DNA from: Bryobacteraceae bacterium
Lineage (GTDB): Bacteria > Acidobacteriota > Terriglobia > Bryobacterales > Bryobacteraceae
Direction: 5' to 3'
DNA: 64,000 nt
Assembly (NCBI GenBank): GCA_036273015.1
Contig: DATAXN010000054.1
Coordinates: 13,215-77,214 of the forward strand
Position 1 is the first letter of the stretch; each line of letters starts with the position of its first letter. Below, one piece after another: positions 18,453-27,094 of this stretch. A program made the translations under genes and the position numbers. The notes beneath the pieces are model-generated. The model was not told the origin of the DNA. It did not search any database and saw nothing but the letters and a program-made list of their open reading frames with translations.

Positions 18453-19256
18453 TTATTTGGGAACTGAGGTGCCGATGTGGGCCAGGTCCTTGTTGTTTTC
18501 GAGGCAGACGTACTCGAGAAGGTCCCAACCGGGACGGAACTTCACAAAGAACTTCGTGGTCCAGGGCCTGGTGTACATCTGCTTATCGTCGATCGTCGCC
18601 TCGTAAGCCAGGGTCAGCGAATCGGGGCGGCTGTATTTCTCGATCACGTGCAGCGATTCGCTGGTCGGATGCCCGACGTAGTCCAGCCAGGTTCTGCCGT
18701 TGAAGCCGATCGTATCGACCACGAGCGTATCGTTGCCTTCGTAGTGGCCGATCGACTCGCCCATCCAGGTGGGGTTCAGCGCGTCGGGATTGCTGTGTTT
18801 GCGGCCATCCATGTAGATGGTGCGATACATATGTGCGGCCCCTTCATAGAGAATGACGACCTTGTCGGGGAGTTGCAGGATCTGGAACGGATACGGCGTT
18901 CCGGTATAACGCGGGACGCCGGGTGGCAGGCAGTATCCTTCCGGATCGTCTTTTGAAAGGTTGGCTTTGCGTTCCCGATACAGCTTCAGGCCCTCGGGCG
19001 AGAAGGGAACATCGATCGGCTTGTCGACATATTTGTCGTCGGCCCAGTCGAGCACCCAGATGGGCGCCCAAACTCCTTTGCCGCCGAGATCTACTTTTCC
19101 GTCCGGCAGTCGAGGGGCTGGTTTGGCCTTTTTTTTGCTCTCAAGGCCGGGCTTGGCGCGCTCGGCTTCGGGCGCCAGCACCTCCTGGGCGCGGAGCGGC
19201 GACAAGGCCGCTGCTGCTCCCACGAGGACTGCGAAACAAATCAGATGGCGCGTCAC
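18453..19256 (-). CDS. Secreted protein of unknown function (third gene of the DUF6152/cytochrome cluster)
   Basis: 267 aa. Signal peptide MTRHLICFAVLVGAAAALSPLRAQE. Protein-like composition. 22-nt gap to the upstream cytochrome gene. Confidence 0.6.
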   Translation of the reverse strand: MTRHLICFAVLVGAAAALSPLRAQEVLAPEAERAKPGLESKKKAKPAPRLPDGKVDLGGKGVWAPIWVLDWADDKYVDKPIDVPFSPEGLKLYRERKANLSKDDPEGYCLPPGVPRYTGTPYPFQILQLPDKVVILYEGAAHMYRTIYMDGRKHSNPDALNPTWMGESIGHYEGNDTLVVDTIGFNGRTWLDYVGHPTSESLHVIEKYSRPDSLTLAYEATIDDKQMYTRPWTTKFFVKFRPGWDLLEYVCLENNKDLAHIGTSVPK

Positions 19257-19278
19257 GCGGCTTCCCTTACTGCGAGTC

Positions 19279-20448
19279 CTACTTCGATGCCGGCGGCTTC
19301 TCGAACACCTTCGGGTCGATCGGTACGTTGACCTTGAGGTCTTTCACTTTATAGGTGTCGCGGCCGTCCAGCCAGGAGAACGTGTACGAGAACGGGAACT
19401 TGATCCCGTTCACTTCGCGATAGTCGGCGTAGTCGGTCTGTGTCGGGATGTGCCCGATCGGCGAATTGCTGTACCGAATCACGCGAGCCAGCAGGTTGGT
19501 CTTCTTGTCGAAGTACATGGTCACGAAAATGCCGTGCGGACCGCTGCCCTGCACCACCTGCATATCGCGATCGCCGACGTCCTGTGTATTGGTGCGCAAC
19601 TGGGTGAAGCTCGTCTTCAGGCTTCCGGGGAACGCGAGAAGCGCGTCCGCGCGCATGCCGTCGAGTTCGCTGCCCTGCAATTGGTATTCGGTGACTGCCG
19701 CGCGAGGCGTCTTGTTCCAGCCGGTTTTGCCGTCATAAACGCGCGTGCTGTCGCCACGCTCGGGGTGATCCTTGAACGTGATGAGGACCGACCGCTTGTC
19801 GGGGGCCTGCGCGGAGATCTGGAAGCTGCCGCCGCCGCCGAGCCCTTCGTATCCTTCGCTGACGCCGGTCGCGACCCAGCTCTTCAGTGTATCCAGCTTC
19901 GCCTGGCCGCCGAGCGCCGCGATGTATTTGTCGAACACTGCCGCGCCTTTCGGCTCGCCCGCGGCCTGCTCCACGAAGTCGTCCTTTTCGTCGTTCGGGG
20001 AGCTGTACAGCTTGTCGAGACTGATGCTGGTAGACGGAGTTTCACGGCCATGATGGCAGGTCCAGCAGGTGACCCTCTGGGCGCCGTTGAAGTTGGCCTT
20101 GTTGATTGCGCCGACCATGTTGATCATCTTGCGCGCGGTGATCTTCTGCGGGGTGTCGATCACCCAGTTGACTTTGTCGGTGCCGGCGCCGGGATGGCAG
20201 TCCGCGCAATCGAGGCCGAGGTCGTCGGAAACAACGCCCATGGCGCCGAGGAAGTCATCTACGGAAAGGGCGCTCAACGCGGGAGTCTTCACGTTCTTGA
20301 AGACCTCTCCGGCGGTCTTTTTCCCGGATGTCGCCGCCGCTTGCTGTGCCGGCAACATGCCGGTCAATGCGGCGCCGCCGAGAAACACGGCCGTCATGGA
20401 AACCGCGGCCAATGCCGCCTTTGAAACGTTAAACTTCGTCGTCATCAT
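19279..20448 (-). CDS. Secreted di-haem c-type cytochrome (reaction-centre cytochrome c-like N-domain) with large C-terminal beta-rich domain
   Basis: 389 aa, signal peptide. Two CxxCH motifs (DCADCHPG and VTCWTCHHGRETP) with the K..AR.M..M spacing typical of the CytoC_RC family. C-terminal about 230 aa unassigned (LolA-like?). Confidence 0.75.
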   Translation of the reverse strand: MMTTKFNVSKAALAAVSMTAVFLGGAALTGMLPAQQAAATSGKKTAGEVFKNVKTPALSALSVDDFLGAMGVVSDDLGLDCADCHPGAGTDKVNWVIDTPQKITARKMINMVGAINKANFNGAQRVTCWTCHHGRETPSTSISLDKLYSSPNDEKDDFVEQAAGEPKGAAVFDKYIAALGGQAKLDTLKSWVATGVSEGYEGLGGGGSFQISAQAPDKRSVLITFKDHPERGDSTRVYDGKTGWNKTPRAAVTEYQLQGSELDGMRADALLAFPGSLKTSFTQLRTNTQDVGDRDMQVVQGSGPHGIFVTMYFDKKTNLLARVIRYSNSPIGHIPTQTDYADYREVNGIKFPFSYTFSWLDGRDTYKVKDLKVNVPIDPKVFEKPPASK

Positions 20449-20531
20449 TTTTTCCTTAACACAAGACCGCCCACCTGCACCTCGAAACGGCGCCGGCGGG
20501 CGGCAGAGAATCCTTCCTAATACGTTACTAC

Positions 20532-20948
20532 CTACTTCTGCGGGCTTCCGTCATCGGTAGAGCCGGCAAACAACTTACGACCGTCGGCCAATTTTACATT
20601 TCTGGCATTGGCGAGTTTGGAACCGTCCTTTGCCACATAGCCATCGACGACGACCGCGTCGCCGACCTTCATGGAATTTCGTGTCCATCCGCGGCGCGCC
20701 AGACCGTTCGGGCTGCCCAGTTCCAGCTCCCAATTCGCCACGGCCCCCTGATCGTCCTTCACGTCCATGTAGAAGCGGGCGTGGGGGTTCATCCACTCGA
20801 CCTTCGTAACCGTGCCGTTCAGAGCGATCGGCTTCGTGCTGTCATATTCAGCGGCGAACGAATGATGTGCGAACACCGGCGCAGCCGTTGTGAGCAAACC
20901 GGCGAGCAGACCGAAAGATGCGATGAGCGTACCAAATCGCGATTTCAT
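20532..20948 (-). CDS. DUF6152-like small secreted protein
   Basis: Start at ATG 20948 (M29 of ORF 20532..21032) gives signal peptide MKSRFGTLIASFGLLAGLLTTAAPVFA, then HHSFAAEYD...VEWMNPHARF. This matches my memory of the DUF6152 family. Confidence 0.6.
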   Translation of the reverse strand: MKSRFGTLIASFGLLAGLLTTAAPVFAHHSFAAEYDSTKPIALNGTVTKVEWMNPHARFYMDVKDDQGAVANWELELGSPNGLARRGWTRNSMKVGDAVVVDGYVAKDGSKLANARNVKLADGRKLFAGSTDDGSPQK

Positions 20949-21064
20949 GAAAACGCCTCCAAAATTAATATCAGCGGGACGGGCGTGGGCTCGCCGAAGG
21001 CCAGTATATAAGACCATCCACTGATATTTCAATGACGTGTGCTTCTCAAAACGGCAGCGCTGTT

Positions 21065-21541
21065 TTAAAACGGCACATCGTCGTCGGTGATTCCCTGGCC
21101 GCCGAACTGATCGTCGCGCGAAGGCGCGGGAGTACGCGATGCGCCGCCGCGGGGTTGCGATACCGGTTGCTGCGAGAAGTCGCCCCCGCCGCGTTCGCCG
21201 CCGCCACCCTGGCCGCCCAGCAGAATGACATCGTCGGCGACTACTTCGGTGGCGTACACCTTTTTGCCGTCCTTGTCCTCATAACTGCGGGTCTGCAGGC
21301 GTCCTTCGACATAGACCTGCTTGCCTTTGGTGAGGTAATTGGCGAGGTTCTCGCTGCGCCAGAGAGCCACGTTGGACCAATCCGTCTCTTCCTTCCACTC
21401 GCCGGAATCCTTATCTTTCCATCGCCGATTGGTAGCGACCGAGAACCGCGTGATTGCGGCTCCGCCGGGAGTGAATTTGGTTTCGGCGTCTCGTCCGAGA
21501 TGCCCGATCAGGATGACTTTGTTGACACTGCGCGATGCCAT
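21065..21541 (-). CDS. ssb: Single-stranded DNA-binding protein
   Basis: 158 aa. VNKVILIGHLGRDAE OB-fold N-terminus, Gly-rich linker, acidic tip DDDVPF. Confidence 0.95.
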   Translation of the reverse strand: MASRSVNKVILIGHLGRDAETKFTPGGAAITRFSVATNRRWKDKDSGEWKEETDWSNVALWRSENLANYLTKGKQVYVEGRLQTRSYEDKDGKKVYATEVVADDVILLGGQGGGGERGGGDFSQQPVSQPRGGASRTPAPSRDDQFGGQGITDDDVPF

Positions 21542-21569
21542 ATAACCCTGAACTCTAGCACAGCGCGGG

Positions 21570-21929
21570 CTATCTCGATTCGCGCTCGAAATAGCGAAAG
21601 CCGTCCGGTGGAATGAAAAAAGTCCGGATTGTTCCGTCGGTGTCGTAGGCGCCGAAATAGCCGTGTTTGAGATCGAACCGAATCATGCCGTCCGAGCCTT
21701 TCGACTCCCTGATATTCCCGCTGGTGCGGGTGTCGCGCAACTGCTGCGCCAGCCTCAGATATTGCTGCCGCGAGATGGCGCCGAATTCACGGCCGTATTT
21801 TTCGAAGTGGTCCTGAAGAAGATGCTCTGTACGGAAACCCTGTCCTCCGGCGAACGCCGGAATGGTGACGGACAGGACACAAGCGACGAAGAAGAGAGCG
21901 CTAGTTCCCCGCTTCGGTATGGCTTTCAA
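21570..21929 (-). CDS. Small secreted protein, function unknown
   Basis: 119 aa. Signal peptide ALFFVACVLSVTIPAFA. Mature about 90 aa with HLLQDHFEKYGREFG motif. Confidence 0.55.
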   Translation of the reverse strand: MKAIPKRGTSALFFVACVLSVTIPAFAGGQGFRTEHLLQDHFEKYGREFGAISRQQYLRLAQQLRDTRTSGNIRESKGSDGMIRFDLKHGYFGAYDTDGTIRTFFIPPDGFRYFERESR

Positions 21930-22110
21930 TATCTGCGTATGCGGCCTCGATAACTCCGTTAAAGTCCACAGACCCCATGTCTTTGATGATAGCTGTAGTT
22001 GTATCCCGTTTCATGTCGTAAAATAGTTAATTTTTCATCAAAACAATGTCCCGTCTTTTTCCATGGTTCGCTCGAAAACCGGGGCTCGATGTCTGCGATA
22101 CTAACTACAT

Positions 22111-23337
22111 ATGTCTTCAAGAACATGGTTCGCGGGAGCGCTGTCCGGCGTCTCATTGTTGTTTGTGTGGCAGCTTGCCGCAGCGGATCGTCCCGCGCCC
22201 GAAACACATGTGGTGGAAGAGATCGTCGCCAAAGTGAACGGCGAAATCATCACGCGCGGGGAACTCGCGAAGGACCGGCTGGAGATCGAGGCCCAATTGC
22301 AGCAGCAGGGTCTGATCGGGCAGGCCCTCCAGAACGCAGCGAACAAGGCGGCTGCGGACGGGCTGCGGGAACAGATCGACGAGTTGCTGCTGGTGCAGAA
22401 AGGCAAAGAACTGAACATCAACGTCGATGCCGATGTAACCCGCCGCCTTGCCGAGCTTCAGTCGCAGAACAAAATCTCCGATCCGGACAAGTTTCATGAA
22501 TTCCTGCAGGAACAGACGGGCGAGACCTATGAAGACTTCCGTCTGCGAATGAAGAATCAGCTGCTCGGGCAGCGGGTGCTCAGCGAAGAGGTTTATCGCA
22601 ACATCGTGATTCCGCAGGCGGACATCGAAAAGTACTACAACGAACACAAGTCGGAATTCATCCGGCAGGAAATGGTTTCACTGCGCGAGATTCTGATTTC
22701 GACCGGCGGCGGAAGCGCGGCGGAAGTGGCAGCGGCAGAGAAAAAAGCCAAAGGGCTGGTGGACCGCGCGCGCAAGGGCGATGCGAAATTTACCGATCTC
22801 GCGCGTCAGAATTCGGACGCGCCCACGGCGGCAGCCGACGGCGAACTGGGAGCGTTCAAGCGCGGCGATCTGGCGAAGGAGATCGATGACGTTGTATTCA
22901 AGCAGCAGAAGGGCTATGTTACGGATCCCATACGGCGGCCCAACGGGTTCGAGATTTACCGGGTAGAGGAACACTATGCCGCCGGCCAGGCCTCGCTGGA
23001 TGAAGTGGCAAACGACATCAACGGTAAGCTGATGGAGCCGCGCATCACCCCGAAAGCTCGCGAATACCTGACCCAGTTACGCGAGAACGCCTTCCTGGAG
23101 ATCAAGGCCGGATACACCGACAGCGGCGCCGCGCCGGGCAAAGACACTACATGGCAGGATGCGGCAACGGTGCGGCCGGAGACTACGACAAAAGAAGCGG
23201 TGGCCGCGCATGGTCATAAGAAATTTCTGCACGTGATTCCCTATGGGCACACGGGCGTCGCGAAAGACACCAGCCCGGCTCCCCCTCCGACGGTTACGCC
23301 GGTGCCGCAGACGCCCGCGCCCGTGACGCCTCAATGA
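22111..23337 (+). CDS. SurA-like periplasmic chaperone / parvulin-type peptidyl-prolyl isomerase
   Basis: 408 aa, signal peptide. SurA_N-like helical region, then parvulin core LREILIS...FTDLARQNSD...GELGAFKRGDL. Confidence 0.8.
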   Translation: MSSRTWFAGALSGVSLLFVWQLAAADRPAPETHVVEEIVAKVNGEIITRGELAKDRLEIEAQLQQQGLIGQALQNAANKAAADGLREQIDELLLVQKGKELNINVDADVTRRLAELQSQNKISDPDKFHEFLQEQTGETYEDFRLRMKNQLLGQRVLSEEVYRNIVIPQADIEKYYNEHKSEFIRQEMVSLREILISTGGGSAAEVAAAEKKAKGLVDRARKGDAKFTDLARQNSDAPTAAADGELGAFKRGDLAKEIDDVVFKQQKGYVTDPIRRPNGFEIYRVEEHYAAGQASLDEVANDINGKLMEPRITPKAREYLTQLRENAFLEIKAGYTDSGAAPGKDTTWQDAATVRPETTTKEAVAAHGHKKFLHVIPYGHTGVAKDTSPAPPPTVTPVPQTPAPVTPQ

Positions 23338-24614
23338 AGTCGCCGTTCGTACGGGAACTGAAGCCGGACGAAATATCCACTGCCATATTCCTGGTCAGCA
23401 CGAAGGAAGTGCGGCAGAAACGCACAGGAGAACCCTATCTCTCACTGGTTCTTTCGGACCGCACGGGCGAGATCGACTCCAAGATGTGGGACAACGTTGC
23501 GGAGATACTGGACACCTTTGAACGTGACGACTTCGTCAAAGTCAAAGGGCTGATGCAGCTCTACAACAACCGTCCCCAATTCACTATCCATAAACTGCGC
23601 CGACTTGAGGATCAGGAAGTGGACTTCCGCGATTTCTTCCCGGCTTCGCGACAAGATGCGGGCGCGATGTGGGCGGAACTGCGGGCGATCGTCGCGGCTG
23701 TCGGCAATCCGCACATTCGCGGATTACTGAACGCGTTTCTGGACGACCCGGACATAGCGGCGCGCTACCAGACTGCCCCTGCCGCGAAGAGTATTCATCA
23801 TGCGTTCCGCAGCGGCCTGCTGGAACACGTTGTTTCGCTGCTGAAGCTGGCGAAGATGGTGGGCGGACATTACGGAGCACTGCAAAGCGGATCGATCGAT
23901 CCCGACCTGCTGACCGCCGGAATCGTGCTGCACGATATCGGAAAGATTTATGAGTTGAGCTACGATCGCGGGTTCAGCTACTCGGCCGAAGGGCAGCTGC
24001 TCGGCCACATCGGAATCGGCATCCGGATGATCGCCGATAAATTACGGGCTTTTCCGGAATTTCCCTCCGAATTACGAAATTTGATCGAGCACATGGTGCT
24101 GAGCCATCACGGACAACTCGAGTTCGGCTCGCCGAAAGTGCCGATCTTCCCGGAAGCACTGCTGCTGCACTACCTGGATGACATGGATTCCAAGATGGAG
24201 TGCATGCGGGTTTTGATCGACCGGGATCCTCAGTCAGAGGGCTATTTCTCGGGCTACAGTCCGGCGCTGGGCCGCGTGGCACTGCGCAAAACAAGATATC
24301 TGGCATTAAATCCGTCCGGAGCCGTATGCGGTCCGGGGAAACAAGAAGAAGATAAACAACAACAAAAAGTTGCTGCCGAACCAGATTCGGCAGCGGGCGC
24401 TATTTCCAACAGTAATCATTCGGACAACATTCATACCAGCAACAATCAGTGGACCCAGGGCACGTCTTTGATCGGTAATACTTCCGTCAGCAATACTTCA
24501 AGTCCTACCGGCGGCGCGGCAACACCAGCGTCGCCGAACTTCAAACCCGCGCCTGCCAATTCATCGATCTTCGGTACGAAGCTTCAGCAGGCGCTGCAAG
24601 ACGAAAGGAAATAG
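23334..24614 (+). CDS. OB-fold + HD-domain 3'-5' exoribonuclease (YhaM-like) with low-complexity C-terminal tail
   Basis: 426 aa. N-terminal OB (YLSLVLSDRTGEIDSKMWD). HD motifs HHAFRSGLLEHV and LHDIGK. ATGA overlap with the preceding gene. The last 100 aa or so are Ser/Asn/Thr-rich. Confidence 0.75.
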   Translation: MKSPFVRELKPDEISTAIFLVSTKEVRQKRTGEPYLSLVLSDRTGEIDSKMWDNVAEILDTFERDDFVKVKGLMQLYNNRPQFTIHKLRRLEDQEVDFRDFFPASRQDAGAMWAELRAIVAAVGNPHIRGLLNAFLDDPDIAARYQTAPAAKSIHHAFRSGLLEHVVSLLKLAKMVGGHYGALQSGSIDPDLLTAGIVLHDIGKIYELSYDRGFSYSAEGQLLGHIGIGIRMIADKLRAFPEFPSELRNLIEHMVLSHHGQLEFGSPKVPIFPEALLLHYLDDMDSKMECMRVLIDRDPQSEGYFSGYSPALGRVALRKTRYLALNPSGAVCGPGKQEEDKQQQKVAAEPDSAAGAISNSNHSDNIHTSNNQWTQGTSLIGNTSVSNTSSPTGGAATPASPNFKPAPANSSIFGTKLQQALQDERK

Positions 24615-24615
24615 C

Positions 24616-24999
24616 TTGGGTCGAGAACGTGAACTGCCGCCGCCGCTGGAAATGTTGTGTCTGAATGCTCTCTGGGAGATCCAGGAGGGAAATGTTGAAG
24701 ACGTTCGCAAGGTCGTTGCACAAAACCGGCCGCTGGCGTACACCACGGTGTTGACGCTGCTCGACCGGCTTGCACGGCGCGGCGCCGTTTCGCGCCGCAA
24801 GGAAGGGAGGGGCTTCCGTTATCAACCGACCGTCGCCCGGGACAAGCTGCGCCGCATGGCGCTGCGGCATTTTCTGGAATACCACTTTGACGGGTCGGAA
24901 GCGAAGCTCAAAATTTTCCTGGAACAGCCCGTCGAGGTTGAGTCTGCCGGAGAACTCGCGTTCGGGCTGGCGCAACCTTTACCGGAGCCCGGCGAATAA
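24616..24999 (+). CDS. BlaI/MecI/CopY-family transcriptional repressor
   Basis: 127 aa, TTG start. Winged-helix pattern LNALWEIQEGNVEDVRKVV...AYTTVLTLLDRLARRGAVSRRKEGRGFRYQP. Confidence 0.8.
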   Translation: MGRERELPPPLEMLCLNALWEIQEGNVEDVRKVVAQNRPLAYTTVLTLLDRLARRGAVSRRKEGRGFRYQPTVARDKLRRMALRHFLEYHFDGSEAKLKIFLEQPVEVESAGELAFGLAQPLPEPGE

Positions 25000-25002
25000 A
25001 TT

Positions 25003-26034
25003 TTGAAGATCCTCATCCGCGCAACGAACTGGATCGGCGACGCGATTATGTCGCTGCCGGCTCTGCGGGCGGTTCGGCAGGCATTTCCCGATGCCGAAAT
25101 TGCGGTCTGCGCCAAGCCCTGGGTTTCCGCGCTTTATGAAGGCGAGCGATCGATTAACAGGGTAATCCCGATTGTTGGCGCGTCCGGCGCGGGAGATTGG
25201 GCGCGGAAGTGGCAACTCGCGTGTCTGCTGCGTCGAGAGCGCTTCGATCTCGCCGTACTCTTGCCCAATTCGTTCGAAAGCGCCGCCGTGGTGTGGCTGG
25301 CAGGCGCCAGACGAATCGTCGGGTATGCGCGTGATGGGCGCGGAGTGCTTTTGACCGATGCGATTCCCGTGCCGAAACGCGGCGAGATACCGGTTCATGA
25401 GCGCTTCTACTATCTCGAGTTGCTGCGCCGCGCCGGTCTCATCGACGCTCTTCCTGACTGTCCCGACATTCGCTTCGAGGGAACAGAAGAACTTCGGGCG
25501 GCTGGCGAAGAACTGTTTGAAAAGGCCGGAGTAAGGCTGCCGGTCGTCGGCGTGAGCCCGGGTGCTGCCTATGGCTCGGCGAAGCGATGGCTTCCGGAGC
25601 GGTTCGCGGAATCGGCGGCACGGTTGGCGGAAGAGTTTGGCGGGTCCGTCGCGGTGTTCGGGTCGGCGGCGGAGAAGACAATGTGCGAGGAGGTGGCGCG
25701 AGCCGCGAAGGGGCGCAATTTTGCGGGCACAACGACGCTGCGGGAATTCATTCGAATGACAGCGGCCTGCCGCGTTTTCCTGACCAACGATTCCGGAGCG
25801 ATGCACATTGCATCCGCGGAGGGTGTGCCGTCGGTGACGGTTTTCGGGCCTACCGATGAGACAGCTACCGGACCGCTCGGGCCGGCGGCGCGGCTGATAC
25901 GCGAACCCGTGGATTGCGCGCCGTGCCTGCGCAGAGAGTGTCCGATTGACCATCGCTGCATGACGCGGGTAACGTCGGAAAGAGTAGTGCGCACGGCGCA
26001 GGAACTGCTGAACGTGGCGCTGAAAAATTGCTGA
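25003..26034 (+). CDS. waaF: GT9 lipopolysaccharide heptosyltransferase II-like
   Basis: 343 aa. MKILIRATNWIGDAIMSLPALRAVR, VFLTNDSGAMHIASA. Confidence 0.75.
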   Translation: MKILIRATNWIGDAIMSLPALRAVRQAFPDAEIAVCAKPWVSALYEGERSINRVIPIVGASGAGDWARKWQLACLLRRERFDLAVLLPNSFESAAVVWLAGARRIVGYARDGRGVLLTDAIPVPKRGEIPVHERFYYLELLRRAGLIDALPDCPDIRFEGTEELRAAGEELFEKAGVRLPVVGVSPGAAYGSAKRWLPERFAESAARLAEEFGGSVAVFGSAAEKTMCEEVARAAKGRNFAGTTTLREFIRMTAACRVFLTNDSGAMHIASAEGVPSVTVFGPTDETATGPLGPAARLIREPVDCAPCLRRECPIDHRCMTRVTSERVVRTAQELLNVALKNC

Positions 26035-26077
26035 ACATGAAAAAGTCGACTATCATGCGCATTGTTAGACTGCATAG

Positions 26078-27094
26078 TTGCCCCGTGAGGTGAAGACCAT
26101 TCGCAGTATCCTGATCGTCCGGCTCGGAGCCATGGGCGATATCATCCACGCCCTGCCGGGAGTTGCATCGCTCAAACACAGCTTTCCCGACGCGCGCCTG
26201 ACCTGGGTGGTGGAACCGCGATGGGTTCCTCTGCTGGAAGACAACGGCATTGTCGACCGCATCGTCGTATTTCAGCGCGATATGCCGCGATCCTGGCGGC
26301 ATACGAAGGATGAGTTGCGGGCCGAGCATTACGATCTGGCGGTCGATTTTCAGGGCCTGACAAAATCGGCGCTGATCGCACACCTGGCGCGTCCGGAGCG
26401 CATCGCGGGGTTCGGATCGCGGGTGGTGCGCGAGCGCCCGGCCGGCTTGTTTTACTCCCAGCGGGTGCAGAGCGGCGCCGTGCATGTAGTCGATCAGGCG
26501 TTGGATCTCGCGGCGGGAGCGGGCGCTTCCCATCTGGTGCGCTTCTTCCCATTGCCCACGGGAACTCCCGAAGGCCAATTGCCCGATGGTCCTTTTGCGC
26601 TGGCGAGTCCTTTGGCCGGTTGGACTTCGAAACAATGGCCACTTGAATACTATGAGGCTCTCGCCGCCATGCTGCGCCAAAAATTCGGCATGCCGTTGGT
26701 GCTCAATGGGCCGCCGGGAACTGTGCCCGCCGTGTCAGGGACTCTGGCGCACGAAAGCGGAATCCCGGGCTTGATCGATGCCACGAGGCGTGCCGCGCTG
26801 GTGATCGGGATCGACAGCGGGCCGCTGCATCTCGCCGCGGCGATGAACAAATCGGGCGTCGCCATTTTCGGGCCAACGGATCCGGTTCGCAACGGTCCCT
26901 ATGGCGGCGATTTCCAGATATTCCGCATGCCGGGCTCGCCAACGACGCACCGCCGGGGCACGGTAATCGCCGCTTCCATGCGCGGGATCAAACCGGAGCA
27001 GATTTTTGCCGCGCTCGCATCGCGCGTGAAAGCGCACAGGCTGGAGAGTCCGTTGTGCGCGTCAAACACGCCGCACGCGGGCTCGCGTCGCTGA
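26078..27094 (+). CDS. GT9 heptosyltransferase (WaaC/heptosyltransferase I-like)
   Basis: 338 aa. ILIVRLGAMGDIIHALPGVASLK, IGIDSGPLHLAAA. TTG start, uncertain. Confidence 0.75.
   Translation: MPREVKTIRSILIVRLGAMGDIIHALPGVASLKHSFPDARLTWVVEPRWVPLLEDNGIVDRIVVFQRDMPRSWRHTKDELRAEHYDLAVDFQGLTKSALIAHLARPERIAGFGSRVVRERPAGLFYSQRVQSGAVHVVDQALDLAAGAGASHLVRFFPLPTGTPEGQLPDGPFALASPLAGWTSKQWPLEYYEALAAMLRQKFGMPLVLNGPPGTVPAVSGTLAHESGIPGLIDATRRAALVIGIDSGPLHLAAAMNKSGVAIFGPTDPVRNGPYGGDFQIFRMPGSPTTHRRGTVIAASMRGIKPEQIFAALASRVKAHRLESPLCASNTPHAGSRR

Noticed and set aside
19130-19137. Homopolymeric T8 (A8 on the coding strand) inside gene 18453..19256; a similar A8 at 48490-48497 in bcp
   Set aside because: Both simply encode Lys-Lys(-Lys) runs. 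An 8-nt tract is short for phase variation and nothing else suggests contingency behaviour.
18961-20424. 487-aa plus-strand ORF
   Set aside because: It is antisense to the cytochrome c gene and to gene 18453..19256, both of which have signal peptides and CxxCH motifs. Its composition is Arg/Ala/Gly-rich and low-complexity.
21048-21066. AAAACGGCAGCGCTGTTTT hairpin at the ssb stop codon as a terminator
   Set aside because: The stem is mostly A-T pairs, it overlaps the stop codon and it has a 3-nt loop. Too weak to call.
24979-26680. 324-aa and 271-aa minus-strand ORFs
   Set aside because: They are antisense to the two GT9 heptosyltransferase genes and have an Arg/Pro-rich composition.
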